64,000 bases of DNA from Gammaproteobacteria bacterium (GTDB taxonomy: Bacteria; Pseudomonadota; Gammaproteobacteria; GCA-001735895). The stretch is taken from positions 1-64,000 of the forward strand of contig JBNKUM010000098.1 of assembly GCA_050298595.1 (NCBI GenBank), written 5' to 3'. The notes beneath the pieces were generated by a model. The model saw only the letters and a program-made list of their open reading frames with translations, did not search any database and was not told where the DNA came from. Positions 30,646 through 40,915 of this stretch are shown here, piece after piece. The position numbers and the translations under genes are program-made. Within the stretch, counting starts at the first letter, position 1; each line of letters starts with the position of its first letter.

Positions 30646-31635
30646 ATGAGTAATTTCCCTACCATAGGACCTCACTCTTTAGATTCAGAAAACGAAGGAT
30701 CCTTCTGGCCGTCATTTACTGACATCATGATGGTGGTGGTATTGATTTTTCTGATGGCAACTAGCTTACTGATCGTACGTAACTGGCAACTGGTTGCTGA
30801 GCTACAGCAAAGTATTGAAGCTGAAAAGCTGGCTTCAGAAATGATCGAATCCACCTCGCAGGAAAACGCCACGCTAGAAGAACGTTTGATTAATGCTGAA
30901 CAGTTAAACTCCATTTTGCGTTTACGCATCATGGAAAAAGATGAACTACTAGCTAAAGCCAGGCAACACGAAGAGCAACAACTGCTTGCGATCAATGCGT
31001 TAGAAAGCGATAAGGCCCGACTCAATCAAACCATAGAAACATCTCGCTATGAACTTACCGATGCGCGCCAGAAAATCAATGAGATTAACGCACAGTCTGA
31101 AGTATTTGCTCGACAACTTGCCGAGCTAAAACTCCAGTTAGAAAAACAGAAACAACTCACCGATGCTGCACAGCAGGAACTGGAATTTGCCAATGCTGAA
31201 ATAGCGGCACTTAATACATCAGCAGAACAGAAGCAGTTGAGTATAGATTTACTGGAGCAGGAAAAAGTAGAATACAACCGCCAGTTACTAACGCTGCGAG
31301 GCGAGTACGACGTGGTGAAATCCAAATACGACCAGTTAATCAAACCTGCTCGTAGCGCCAGGGGAAAATATGTTGCCGAAGTCTATTACGTGAAAGAAAA
31401 AGGCGGCGAGGTTTATCGTTATAAGGAACCCATCAACAAAAACTACCAGAACCTGTCGCTGGCTGAGGTTGAAAAACGACTGGATAAGCTCAAACAGGAA
31501 AAAGGCCAGGACCTGTATGTTAAAATCATTATCCCGAAAGATAGTGGCCTTACATATAACGAAGCCTGGAACTTTATGAGGTCATTGCTGCAGAAGTATG
31601 ATTATTACTATCAGGGTAATGAATTAGAGGAATAA
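30646..31635 (+). CDS. MotB/ExbD-like small motor subunit with a long coiled coil
   Basis: FWPSFTDIMMVVVLIFL single TM with Asp26; about 190 aa of E/Q/K/L heptad-like sequence; C-terminal domain resembling ExbD/TolR. Confidence 0.7.
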   Translation: MSNFPTIGPHSLDSENEGSFWPSFTDIMMVVVLIFLMATSLLIVRNWQLVAELQQSIEAEKLASEMIESTSQENATLEERLINAEQLNSILRLRIMEKDELLAKARQHEEQQLLAINALESDKARLNQTIETSRYELTDARQKINEINAQSEVFARQLAELKLQLEKQKQLTDAAQQELEFANAEIAALNTSAEQKQLSIDLLEQEKVEYNRQLLTLRGEYDVVKSKYDQLIKPARSARGKYVAEVYYVKEKGGEVYRYKEPINKNYQNLSLAEVEKRLDKLKQEKGQDLYVKIIIPKDSGLTYNEAWNFMRSLLQKYDYYYQGNELEE

Positions 31636-31819
31636 CAAATTGTTATTAATCTCAATTTGAGTTAAACCCGACACACAAGCATAGAAGGCTATCGAAACAG
31701 GTATTCAATATACGACCAGCTTTAAACCAGACATAGGCGTAATTTATTTTGTGAGTATAGATTAATACCATACAATAAATTATCCTTACCCGGTTAAATT
31801 TCAATAACGGAGAGGACAC

Positions 31820-32935
31820 ATGAGAAATACTATCCAATATTCATTATTAGCGTTACTACTTTCAGCTGGACTGACGGGTGTCGCGTCTGCTGATACCATT
31901 AAACTTGGGGTTGCCGGTCCGCACAGTGGTGACCTCGCCTCCTATGGTATCCCTACTGTAAAAGCCGCGGAGCTGGTGGTCAAAGAAGTCAACGCCAAGG
32001 GCGGTATCAATGGTATGCAGGTTGAGTTATTAATCGAAGACGATGTCTGTAAACCTGAGATTGCAACTAACACAGCGACTAAACTGGTCTCTGATGGCGT
32101 TGATGTGGTACTTGGACATATCTGTTCTGGCGCAACCAAAGCCGCCCTGCCCATTTATAAAGATGCCCGCATTGTCGTGATGTCCCCTTCCGCTACCAAC
32201 CCTGCGTTAACCCAAAGTGGAGACTATCCAAATTTTTATCGCACCATTGCTTCAGATGACGCACAGGCTATCAAAGAGGTTGAGTTTGCGCTTAACACGC
32301 TGGGATTGAAAAAAATTGCCGTCATCCACGACAAGGGCGATTACGGTAAAGGTCTTGCTGAATTTGCCAAAGCTTACATCGAAAAAGCAGCTAAAGGTGA
32401 AGTGGTATTATACGAAGGTGTAACCCCTGGCGCAGTTGACTACTCAGCCGTTGTACAGAAGATCAAACGCTCAAAAGCTGATGCTGTGATCTTTGGCGGT
32501 TATCACCCGGAAGCTTCCAAGATTGTCACTCAAATGCGTAAAAAGCGTATCAAGATTCCTTTCATCTCAGACGATGGTGTTAAGGATGAGACCTTCATCA
32601 AGGTGGCTGGAAAATATGCTGAAGGCGTATATGCTACCGGACCACAGGATAACTCTAAAAACCCACTCTCCAAAGCAGCAATTGACGCTCATAAAGCAGC
32701 CTATAAAGAAGACCCCGGTGCGTTTTATGAGAATGCCTATTCCGCAGCTCTGGCACTATTAAATGCCATTGATCAGGCAGGATCTACAGATTACGACGCG
32801 ATTCGTGCTGCCCTGCAAAAGCATAAAACTGCTACACCTGTAGGCAATATAAATTTCGATGCGCGCGGTGATGCCATCGGCGTTGGCTTTGCTATGTACC
32901 AGGTAAAAGACGGCGCCTACGTCGAAGTGAAATAA
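31820..32935 (+). CDS. livJ: Branched-chain amino acid ABC transporter binding protein
   Basis: Signal peptide, IKLGVAGPHSG, GHICSG, SPSATNP, DYGKGLA; GGAGG RBS. Confidence 0.9.
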   Translation: MRNTIQYSLLALLLSAGLTGVASADTIKLGVAGPHSGDLASYGIPTVKAAELVVKEVNAKGGINGMQVELLIEDDVCKPEIATNTATKLVSDGVDVVLGHICSGATKAALPIYKDARIVVMSPSATNPALTQSGDYPNFYRTIASDDAQAIKEVEFALNTLGLKKIAVIHDKGDYGKGLAEFAKAYIEKAAKGEVVLYEGVTPGAVDYSAVVQKIKRSKADAVIFGGYHPEASKIVTQMRKKRIKIPFISDDGVKDETFIKVAGKYAEGVYATGPQDNSKNPLSKAAIDAHKAAYKEDPGAFYENAYSAALALLNAIDQAGSTDYDAIRAALQKHKTATPVGNINFDARGDAIGVGFAMYQVKDGAYVEVK

Positions 32936-32949
32936 CATTCCTGAAAATT

Positions 32950-32979
32950 AGCCCGGCACTTTTTGTGCCGGGCTTTTTT
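32950..32979 (+). terminator. Rho-independent terminator or attenuator after livJ
   Basis: AGCCCGGCAC-TTTTT-GTGCCGGGCT followed by a T run. Confidence 0.8.
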
Positions 32980-33015
32980 GTTGCTCAATATTGACTGTCT
33001 GAATGCGAAGTACTG

Positions 33016-33918
33016 ATGGATTATTTTATTGAATTAGTTTTTAGCGGTTTATCCCGCGGTTCCATCTATGCCCTTATCGCTTTGGGGTACACCATGGTGT
33101 ATGGCATTATCGGCCTGATCAATTTCGCACATGGCGAAATCTATATGATCGGCGCTTTTACCGCTTACATCATTGCTTCCGTTCTCGGCATACTCGGCTT
33201 CCCGGTGCTTGCTATTGCAGTTTTGGCCGCACTGGCTGCCGTGATCTGGTCCAGTGCCTACGGCTATACAGTGGAAAAGCTGGCTTACAAACCATTACGT
33301 CATGCACCTAGATTATCGCCTTTGATCAGCGCAATTGGCATGTCAATTTTCCTGCAGAACTATGTGCTACTGGCTCAGACTTCCGACTTTCTGGCCTTTC
33401 CCGAACTCATTCCTGAATTTGATTTTATGGAACCCATAGCGCATATCGTTGGCACCACCGACATGATGATCATCGTAACTGCAACTATCGTGATGATCTC
33501 TCTGACCCTTTTTATTCGTTTCTCACGCCTTGGCAAGGCAATGCGTGCCACCTCACAGGATCGAACCATGGCAATGCTTGTCGGCATAAACGTTGATCGC
33601 ATCATCTCTGTCACCTTTATCATTGGTTCATCACTTGCCGCTGTAGGTGGCGTTTTGATTGCATCGCATATTGGCCAGATAAATTTCTTTATCGGTTTTA
33701 TTGCCGGTATAAAAGCTTTTACCGCAGCTGTACTAGGTGGCATCGGTTCGATCCCTGGTGCAGTTCTTGGTGGACTGGTGCTGGGTTTAACCGAAAGCTT
33801 TGCTACTGGTTATGTATCCAGCGATTACGAGGATGTATTCGCCTTTTCATTATTAGTGCTGATCCTGATTTTTAAGCCATCAGGTCTGCTCGGAAAAGCG
33901 GAGATTCAAAAAGTATGA
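33016..33918 (+). CDS. livH: Branched-chain amino acid ABC permease
   Basis: GSIYALIALGYTMVYGIIGLINFAHGE and KAFTAAVLGGIGS. Confidence 0.93.
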   Translation: MDYFIELVFSGLSRGSIYALIALGYTMVYGIIGLINFAHGEIYMIGAFTAYIIASVLGILGFPVLAIAVLAALAAVIWSSAYGYTVEKLAYKPLRHAPRLSPLISAIGMSIFLQNYVLLAQTSDFLAFPELIPEFDFMEPIAHIVGTTDMMIIVTATIVMISLTLFIRFSRLGKAMRATSQDRTMAMLVGINVDRIISVTFIIGSSLAAVGGVLIASHIGQINFFIGFIAGIKAFTAAVLGGIGSIPGAVLGGLVLGLTESFATGYVSSDYEDVFAFSLLVLILIFKPSGLLGKAEIQKV

Positions 33919-35138
33919 TCTCCTTAAAAGAAAGTAAACGATCTCTTTCTGTATCACTCTGGTTTATGTTTCTCACCTTTCCAATCATAGTCATCAAGGT
34001 CGACCCACTGGAAAAAACCATCGACATGCGCTGGGAAAACATGCTGCTAGTCGGTTTTGGTAGCTTTGTACTATCAATTGCCAGCCGAATTTTTTTCGAG
34101 CGCAGGCGTAGACAACAGGTAAGCAAAACTCTGGAAAAGGCAGAAAGTCTGAGCATCCTGCAAATTATCCAGCGCGAAAGACGTTACCTATACCCTATCG
34201 CCCTGGCCTCGCTGGCTTTTGCACTATTGTTTCCACATATATTTTCTACCTACCAGACTAATGTCATGGTTACGGCATTGATGTATGTCGTACTGGGTCT
34301 GGGATTAAACATTGTAGTCGGTGTTGCCGGTTTGCTGGATCTAGGCTATGTCGCCTTCTATGCGGTGGGTGCCTACAGCTACGCGCTATTAAACCTGCAT
34401 TTTGACCTGGGATTCTGGTTTGTATTGCCTATTGGTGCCATTTTAGGTGCTTTTCTGGGGATTTTACTGGGCTTTCCGGTATTAAGGCTGCGTGGAGATT
34501 ACCTGGCCATTGTCACCCTGGGTTTTGGCGAGATCATTCGCTTAATCCTGGAAAACTGGAATGAATTCTCGAAGGGTCCCAGTGGGATTGCAAATATAGA
34601 CCGGCCCGGTTTTTTCGGTATGGATATGGATTTAAACCAGTCGATTACCTATCTGTATTACCTGATGATACTGATGGTCATATTTACAATTTTCGTGGTG
34701 AATCGTTTGCAAAACTCACGCATGGGGCGAGCCTGGTTGGCTCTGCGTGAGGATGAAATTGCCTGTCAGGCCATGGGCATAGACAAAACCAAAACCAAAT
34801 TGACCGCCTTTGCCTTAGGTGCAACCTGGGCAGGTATGGTGGGCGTTATCTTTGCTGCTAAAACAACCTTTATAAACCCATCCAGTTTTACCTTTCTCGA
34901 ATCTGCTATCATTCTGGCTATCGTTGTGCTGGGCGGAATGGGATCTATTCTTGGCGTCATTCTGGGCGCCCTGTTTCTGATTTTGTTGCCGGAGTATCTA
35001 CGTGCATTATCGGATTACCGAATGCTCGCTTTCGGCATCATTATGGTCAGCATGATGGTGTTCAGACCACAGGGGCTTATCAGTCAGGTGCGACGGCATT
35101 ATCACTATAAGCCAAGTCATCAGGGGGAGAAAGAATGA
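33915..35138 (+). CDS. livM: Branched-chain amino acid ABC permease
   Basis: GLNIVVG.AGLLDLGYVAFY and LRLRGDYLAIVTLGFGEI. Confidence 0.93.
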   Translation: MISLKESKRSLSVSLWFMFLTFPIIVIKVDPLEKTIDMRWENMLLVGFGSFVLSIASRIFFERRRRQQVSKTLEKAESLSILQIIQRERRYLYPIALASLAFALLFPHIFSTYQTNVMVTALMYVVLGLGLNIVVGVAGLLDLGYVAFYAVGAYSYALLNLHFDLGFWFVLPIGAILGAFLGILLGFPVLRLRGDYLAIVTLGFGEIIRLILENWNEFSKGPSGIANIDRPGFFGMDMDLNQSITYLYYLMILMVIFTIFVVNRLQNSRMGRAWLALREDEIACQAMGIDKTKTKLTAFALGATWAGMVGVIFAAKTTFINPSSFTFLESAIILAIVVLGGMGSILGVILGALFLILLPEYLRALSDYRMLAFGIIMVSMMVFRPQGLISQVRRHYHYKPSHQGEKE

Positions 35139-35923
35139 GCCTCCCTATTCTGGATGTTAGTGGATTGGGTATGAGCTTCGGCGGTATTCGTGCGGTTAAT
35201 GAGGTGAACCTGCAGGTGCATGCTGGTGAAATCATCGCTTTGATTGGCCCTAACGGCGCTGGCAAAACAACTTTCTTCAACTGTATCACTGGTATTTACA
35301 AACCCACTCAGGGAGAAGTTAAACTCAATACCCCCGGCGGCAAAAGTTACAGACTAAATGGTTTAAAACCCAATCAGGTTGCAGAAAGAGGACTGGCACG
35401 TACCTTTCAGAATATCCGCCTGTTCAGCAATATGACGGTGTTGGAAAATGTCATGATCGGGCGTCATTGCCGTACTTCTTCATTTATCTTTGGCGCTATC
35501 TTCAGGCCCCGTTCCACAATGCAGGAAGAAAATGACATCATCGAAACCAGTTATCAAATGCTGAAAAAACTGGGGTTGGAAAAACATGCTAATGAGCTGG
35601 CGAGCAATCTATCCTACGGCGAACAACGTCGACTTGAGATTGCCCGTGCCCTGGCTACAGAGCCGGCACTCTTATTACTTGATGAACCTGCCGCTGGCAT
35701 GAACCCTCAGGAAACTATGCAGCTTGAAGAGCAGATTCTTAAATTACAGCAGGAAGGTCAGGCGATTCTGTTGATTGAACACGATATGAAACTGGTGATG
35801 AACCTGTCACACCGACTTTATGTGCTGGATTACGGTAACTTAATTGCTACCGGTACGCCCGAGCAAATTCGTGAAAATCCCGCTGTTATCAAAGCCTATC
35901 TGGGAGAAGAAGTCGATGCTTGA
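35135..35923 (+). CDS. livG: Branched-chain amino acid ABC ATPase
   Basis: GPNGAGKTT, RTFQNIRLF, LSYGEQRRLEIARAL. Confidence 0.93.
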   Translation: MSLPILDVSGLGMSFGGIRAVNEVNLQVHAGEIIALIGPNGAGKTTFFNCITGIYKPTQGEVKLNTPGGKSYRLNGLKPNQVAERGLARTFQNIRLFSNMTVLENVMIGRHCRTSSFIFGAIFRPRSTMQEENDIIETSYQMLKKLGLEKHANELASNLSYGEQRRLEIARALATEPALLLLDEPAAGMNPQETMQLEEQILKLQQEGQAILLIEHDMKLVMNLSHRLYVLDYGNLIATGTPEQIRENPAVIKAYLGEEVDA

Positions 35924-36623
35924 ACTCCACCAGGTACATAGTCACTACGGCAATATTTCTGCGCTCAAAGGCATTACTTTAAACATTAATGAAGGAGAGA
36001 TAATCACTCTCATTGGTGCCAATGGTGCCGGTAAAAGCACCACGTTGATGTCTATCTGTGGCGTAGTCCCACCCAGTAAGGGCAGCATAAAATTCGAAGG
36101 CCAATCGATTCAAAAATTACCACCCGACCAGATCGTCAAACTTGGTATCAGTCAGGTACCGGAAGGGCGGCATATCTTTCCACATCTAACGGTTCAGGAA
36201 AATCTCGACCTCGGTGCCTTCCTACGTGATGATCATGCTGCCATTAAAAGCGACATGAAATACGTCTACGAACTATTTCCAATACTGTCAAAACGCAAGC
36301 ACCAACCCGGTGGAAACCTGAGTGGTGGTGAACAGCAAATGCTCGCAATCTCGCGCGCATTAATGACGCGACCACGCCTGTTATTACTGGATGAGCCTTC
36401 TATGGGGCTGGCACCGCTCATCATCAAACAGATATTCGATATAATCAAAATGATCAATCAGGAACAGAACACTACCATCTTTCTGGTTGAGCAGAATGCG
36501 AATCAGGCATTGCAAATCGCTGATAGAGGCTATGTGATTGAGAATGGCAGCATCATCCTGACCGACAGGGCCGAAGCTCTGACGCAAAACCCAGAGGTAC
36601 AAAAGGCTTATCTGGGTATATAA
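35916..36623 (+). CDS. livF: Branched-chain amino acid ABC ATPase
   Basis: GANGAGKST, VPEGR, LSGGEQQML; start MLELHQV. Confidence 0.93.
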   Translation: MLELHQVHSHYGNISALKGITLNINEGEIITLIGANGAGKSTTLMSICGVVPPSKGSIKFEGQSIQKLPPDQIVKLGISQVPEGRHIFPHLTVQENLDLGAFLRDDHAAIKSDMKYVYELFPILSKRKHQPGGNLSGGEQQMLAISRALMTRPRLLLLDEPSMGLAPLIIKQIFDIIKMINQEQNTTIFLVEQNANQALQIADRGYVIENGSIILTDRAEALTQNPEVQKAYLGI

Positions 36624-36711
36624 GCCGATACACGATCATGGAATTACTGTATAAGCTAAATACTTCGTTTGAGTTTCTGGATTTACCCCAGCATAAATAA
36701 AGGGAGAAAAC

Positions 36712-37518
36712 GTGAAAACACTTGCCTTATTAGCAGTCATCGTCATCCTTGCTGGAGCTGGGTATTACGGCTATACCAACTACCAGCAGCAGCAATTACT
36801 GGAACAGTCAGTGGCCCGCATGGAACAGGAAAAACAGGCCCTGCAAGATGCACAGGCAAGCAAAGATATCTTAGCGCTGAACCAGTTTATCGCCGATCAC
36901 CCCCAATCCAACTGGTTAGAAAAAGCAATCTATGAACGGGATAAACTGGCCTACCATCAGGCTACGGAAACAAACCGGATATCAGCGCTGGAAAAATTCA
37001 TTTCCCAATATAAAGGTAGCCAATGGATAACACAGGCTCGAAATCGTTTACAGCGACTTCAGCAGGAACAGAAACTTCGAGCTGATATTGAACGAAAGCA
37101 GCAACAATTAGAGATTCAGCGCCAAGAGATGGCAAAACAACAATCAACTACCGGCGAACTCGAAGAAAAAACCACTGACAACCCCATTGCAAGCACAACT
37201 CCAACTTCAACCCCCGCCCCAGCAAAAACCAGCAGCAGTTTGAGTAGTAGAGACCGGGTTAGCCGTGCTCTGGCGATTTATCAGAAACAACGACAACAGG
37301 AGCAGCATACTGATACTGAACAACAGCAAGAAGATCTTAAAGAAGAACGGATAAAGAAGCGCTGTCTACAGATCAAGGATCAGATCGCGCAATTCAATAA
37401 TAGAAGAATCAAGTGGTATGATCTGGATGGTAGTGGAAAACGAGTCTATCTGAATAAAAAGCAGGTCAGCATCAATAGAAAACGTCTTAGGGAAGAATAC
37501 AATCAAAACTGTGAATGA
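36712..37518 (+). CDS. Membrane-anchored hypothetical protein with helical repeats and a coiled coil
   Basis: GGGAG RBS and GTG start; N-terminal TM; two F...[HY]..S.W...A repeats; C-terminal Cys pair. Confidence 0.7.
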   Translation: MKTLALLAVIVILAGAGYYGYTNYQQQQLLEQSVARMEQEKQALQDAQASKDILALNQFIADHPQSNWLEKAIYERDKLAYHQATETNRISALEKFISQYKGSQWITQARNRLQRLQQEQKLRADIERKQQQLEIQRQEMAKQQSTTGELEEKTTDNPIASTTPTSTPAPAKTSSSLSSRDRVSRALAIYQKQRQQEQHTDTEQQQEDLKEERIKKRCLQIKDQIAQFNNRRIKWYDLDGSGKRVYLNKKQVSINRKRLREEYNQNCE

Positions 37519-37575
37519 AGAAAAAGATATCACATGATTTAATGCTGCAGTCTTTGTATAATCCCGCAGCATTAA

Positions 37576-37652
37576 GTCCCCGTGGCACAATTGGATAGCG
37601 CGGCTCCCTCCTAAGGAGCAGGTTAGAGGTTCGAACCCTCTCGGGGACGCCA
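37576..37652 (+). tRNA. tRNA-Arg(CCT)
   Basis: GTCCCCG/CGGGGAC acceptor stem, anticodon arm GCTCC-CTCCTAA-GGAGC, GTTCGAA, encoded CCA; 77 nt. Confidence 0.95.
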
Positions 37653-37759
37653 TTTATTCCAGTTAAAAAAAACCCGCAGAAAATTCAGGCAGGTTAATCT
37701 TGAGAGGGCATATATTAAGACTAGTCCATTCCGATAAAAGTGTTGAATTATTTCTGCAC

Positions 37760-37788
37760 AAAAAAACCAGCACTAAGCTGGTTTTTTT
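37760..37788. terminator. Bidirectional terminator between tRNA-Arg and amtB
   Basis: A run, CCAGC-ACTAA-GCTGG hairpin, T run. Confidence 0.75.
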
Positions 37789-37806
37789 ATACGCAGATGT
37801 AAGATT

Positions 37807-39090
37807 CTAAATGCTATAGCCAACCTCATCATGCGAGACCAGATCAAGCCCTTCAGTTTCCTGTTCTTCGCTCACTCTAAGCGTAATAAACATTCCTACT
37901 ACTTTCAGGATGCCATAGGTAACTACTGCGGTCCAGGCCGCGACTGCAAGTACAGCTATGATTTGCACCATCATCTGAGCCCCAATAGTCACGCCATCCG
38001 CGAGGCCAGAACCGCCGAACTGATCAGCCACGAATACTCCGGCAAACAGGGTGCCTAAAATACCACCGACACCATGCACTGGAAATACATCCAGTGAATC
38101 ATCAATACGTAAATGCTGTTTGAGGTACATGGTAGAGGTAAAACATATAATACCTGCACTTAAGCCAATAAATAACGCAGCCATTGGTCCAACATAGCCA
38201 GAAGCAGGGGTAATGGTACCCAGACCGGCAACCATACCAGTAACTATGCCCAGTGCTGAAGGTTTGCCGAATTTTATCCATTCAATCATCATCCAGGTAA
38301 AAGCTCCAGTTGCTGCTGAGATATGGGTAACCAGCATTGCCATGCCCGCATCACCATTAGCGGTAAGCGCACTACCTGCATTAAATCCAAACCAGCCTAC
38401 CCACAACATGCCAGCGCCAGTAACTGTCATGGTCAGGTTATGAGGTGTCATCTGGTGAGTTAAAAAGCCTTTACGATTACCCAGCACCATTGCTGATACC
38501 AGAGCACCAACGCCAGCTGTAATATGCACTACTGTACCACCGGCAAAATCGAGCAGCCCCTTTTGTGCCAGCCAACCACCGCCCCACACCCAATGACATA
38601 CAGGTAAATACACCAGCAAAAACCATAACAGACTAAAAATAATCATGGCTGAAAAACGCATACGTTCGGCAAAACCACCCACGATGAGCGCTGGAGTGAT
38701 GATGGCAAAGGTCATCTGGAACATCAGGAAAACTGAATCAGGGATAGATCCATTTAGTGAATTGCGTGTGACGTTAGCAAGGAAAAAATTACTACTGCCA
38801 CCTATCCAGTCATTAAATGAACCTCCATCAGAGAATGCCAGGCTATAGCCAGCTATTACCCAGACGATGGTCACAATACAGGTGATCGCAAAGCATTGCA
38901 TGAGTACCGATAACACATTCTTGGCACGTACCAAACCACCGTAGAACAGGGCTAGCCCGGGTAGCGTCATAAAAAGTACCAGAGCAGTTGAGGTCAGTAT
39001 CCAGGCTGTATCACCAGTATCTATCGCGTCAGCCGCGAAACTTGATTGAGGTAACAATAGAAGAAAAAATATATAAACATAAAACTTCAT
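37807..39090 (-). CDS. amtB: Ammonium transporter
   Basis: GLALFYGG, FQMTFA, DFAGGTVVH, WFGFNAGS, DDSLDVFPVHG. Confidence 0.97.
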   Translation of the reverse strand: MKFYVYIFFLLLLPQSSFAADAIDTGDTAWILTSTALVLFMTLPGLALFYGGLVRAKNVLSVLMQCFAITCIVTIVWVIAGYSLAFSDGGSFNDWIGGSSNFFLANVTRNSLNGSIPDSVFLMFQMTFAIITPALIVGGFAERMRFSAMIIFSLLWFLLVYLPVCHWVWGGGWLAQKGLLDFAGGTVVHITAGVGALVSAMVLGNRKGFLTHQMTPHNLTMTVTGAGMLWVGWFGFNAGSALTANGDAGMAMLVTHISAATGAFTWMMIEWIKFGKPSALGIVTGMVAGLGTITPASGYVGPMAALFIGLSAGIICFTSTMYLKQHLRIDDSLDVFPVHGVGGILGTLFAGVFVADQFGGSGLADGVTIGAQMMVQIIAVLAVAAWTAVVTYGILKVVGMFITLRVSEEQETEGLDLVSHDEVGYSI

Positions 39091-39105
39091 CGGATACATC
39101 TCCCC

Positions 39106-39486
<381 letters not shown>

Positions 39487-39512
39487 CTAATATGGAGCAA
39501 GGTTTGAATAAG

Positions 39513-39529
39513 CGCACTATATAGGTGCA
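39513..39529. promoter_or_regulatory. NtrC-like binding site
   Basis: CGCAC-TATATAG-GTGCA versus TGCAC-N7-GTGCA, upstream of glnK. Confidence 0.6.
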
Positions 39530-39573
39530 TATTTATCTGCAACCATATTTTTATCTGATTTTCTTGCTTTTCC

Positions 39574-40899
39574 CTATTTCATGGAGAACACAGCCATGGA
39601 CTCAACATGAGCAGTTTGTGGAAACATATCCATCAGGCCCAGATGCGTTAAACGGTAGCCTTTATCGCATAAAAGTCTGGCATCACGCACCAGGCTAGAT
39701 GGCTGGCAGGATACATAGACAATGGTTTTAGCCTTCATCGCGGGTAACTGCTCGACAATTTCATATGCGCCAGATCGGGGCGGATCAAGCAGTATTTTAT
39801 CGAATTTCAGTTTCATCCAGGCATTGGATGCATCAATTTTGGTCAAATCTGAGGCATAGTACTCGGTATTAACGAGCCCGTGTTCAAGTGCATTTTCCCT
39901 GGCTCTGGCTACCATGGCTTCATCCCCTTCGACTCCGATAACCTGTTTTGCCAGCTGAGCCATTGGGAGCGTGAAATTCCCCAACCCGCAGAATAGATCA
40001 AGCACATAATCTTCAGTCTGTAAATCCAGCAAGTCCAAAGCCTGCCTCACCATCTGATGGTTAATGTCGGCATTTACCTGAGTGAAGTCACTGGATTTAA
40101 ATCGAATGGATAGATCATTATCCAGTAAAGGTTTGAAGCGCAGGATCTGTTGCTCTGGATACAGCGGAGTGACAGAGTCAGCGCCGCCAGGTTGAAGTTG
40201 AACCCAGAAACCACTGTCTACGGCAAATTGACAGAGCTTTGCACGATCAGACTCGGATAAGGGTTTTAAATGGCGAAACACCAGCATGCAATTTTCATCA
40301 TCTGCAGCCACTTCTATCTGCGGAATGCTGTCGCGTGCTTCCAGTCCGGTAATCAATTCCATCAGTTCTGGCATATGTTGCCCAACCCGCTCTATCAGGA
40401 TTGGACATTGCTGCATATCGGCAAGATAGGGTTTATTGCGTTCACGAAACCCGATCAGCAGGCGTTCTTTTTTGATCACGTATTTCACACCCAGACGTGC
40501 CTTGCGTCGATATCCCCAGGGCTCAGTAGTCAGTGCAGGCAACCATTCACCAACCTGTATACCCGCATGCTCAATCATTTCACGCACCGCTTGCTGCTTT
40601 AAGCGCAGCTGAGTTTCCGAGCTAACATGCTGCATGCTACAACCACCACAAACTGTAAAGTTCGGGCAATGCGGTTGAATACGATCGGGTGAAGGTGAAA
40701 TAACTTCTATTACAGTGGCTTCTGAATATTTTTTGGTGGTTTTGTTAACCTGAATCTTAACCACTTCACCGGGTAATGCCGCAAATACAAATATGATTTT
40801 GCCATTGTGATGACAAATACCACGACCTTCGTGTGATAGACCTTCAATAGTAACTTCAAACGGCTCGGGTAGTTGCCGCTGGCGATTTCTTCTCGACAT
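39574..40899 (-). CDS. rlmD: 23S rRNA m5U1939 methyltransferase
   Basis: TRAM domain, C-x5-CGGCSMQH Fe-S motif, LDLFCGLGNF, LDPPRSG, YVSC, DMFPQTAHVE. Confidence 0.95.
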   Translation of the reverse strand: MSRRNRQRQLPEPFEVTIEGLSHEGRGICHHNGKIIFVFAALPGEVVKIQVNKTTKKYSEATVIEVISPSPDRIQPHCPNFTVCGGCSMQHVSSETQLRLKQQAVREMIEHAGIQVGEWLPALTTEPWGYRRKARLGVKYVIKKERLLIGFRERNKPYLADMQQCPILIERVGQHMPELMELITGLEARDSIPQIEVAADDENCMLVFRHLKPLSESDRAKLCQFAVDSGFWVQLQPGGADSVTPLYPEQQILRFKPLLDNDLSIRFKSSDFTQVNADINHQMVRQALDLLDLQTEDYVLDLFCGLGNFTLPMAQLAKQVIGVEGDEAMVARARENALEHGLVNTEYYASDLTKIDASNAWMKLKFDKILLDPPRSGAYEIVEQLPAMKAKTIVYVSCQPSSLVRDARLLCDKGYRLTHLGLMDMFPQTAHVESMAVFSMK

Positions 40900-40915
40900 A
40901 TTTTTGTTGCCTGGG

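Noticed and set aside
29689-31635. Zorya (zorAB) defence system or flagellar stator
   Set aside because: No zorC/D/E neighbours, no recognisable OmpA peptidoglycan-binding motif, a short A-subunit tail, and the pair is not in the flagellar cluster. Kept as an orphan motor instead.
28872-37652. Genomic island between tRNA-Leu and tRNA-Arg
   Set aside because: No integrase or transposase, and I found no duplicated tRNA 3' end.
37366-37653. 95-aa minus-strand ORF beginning MASPRGFEP
   Set aside because: It is the antisense reading of tRNA-Arg(CCT).
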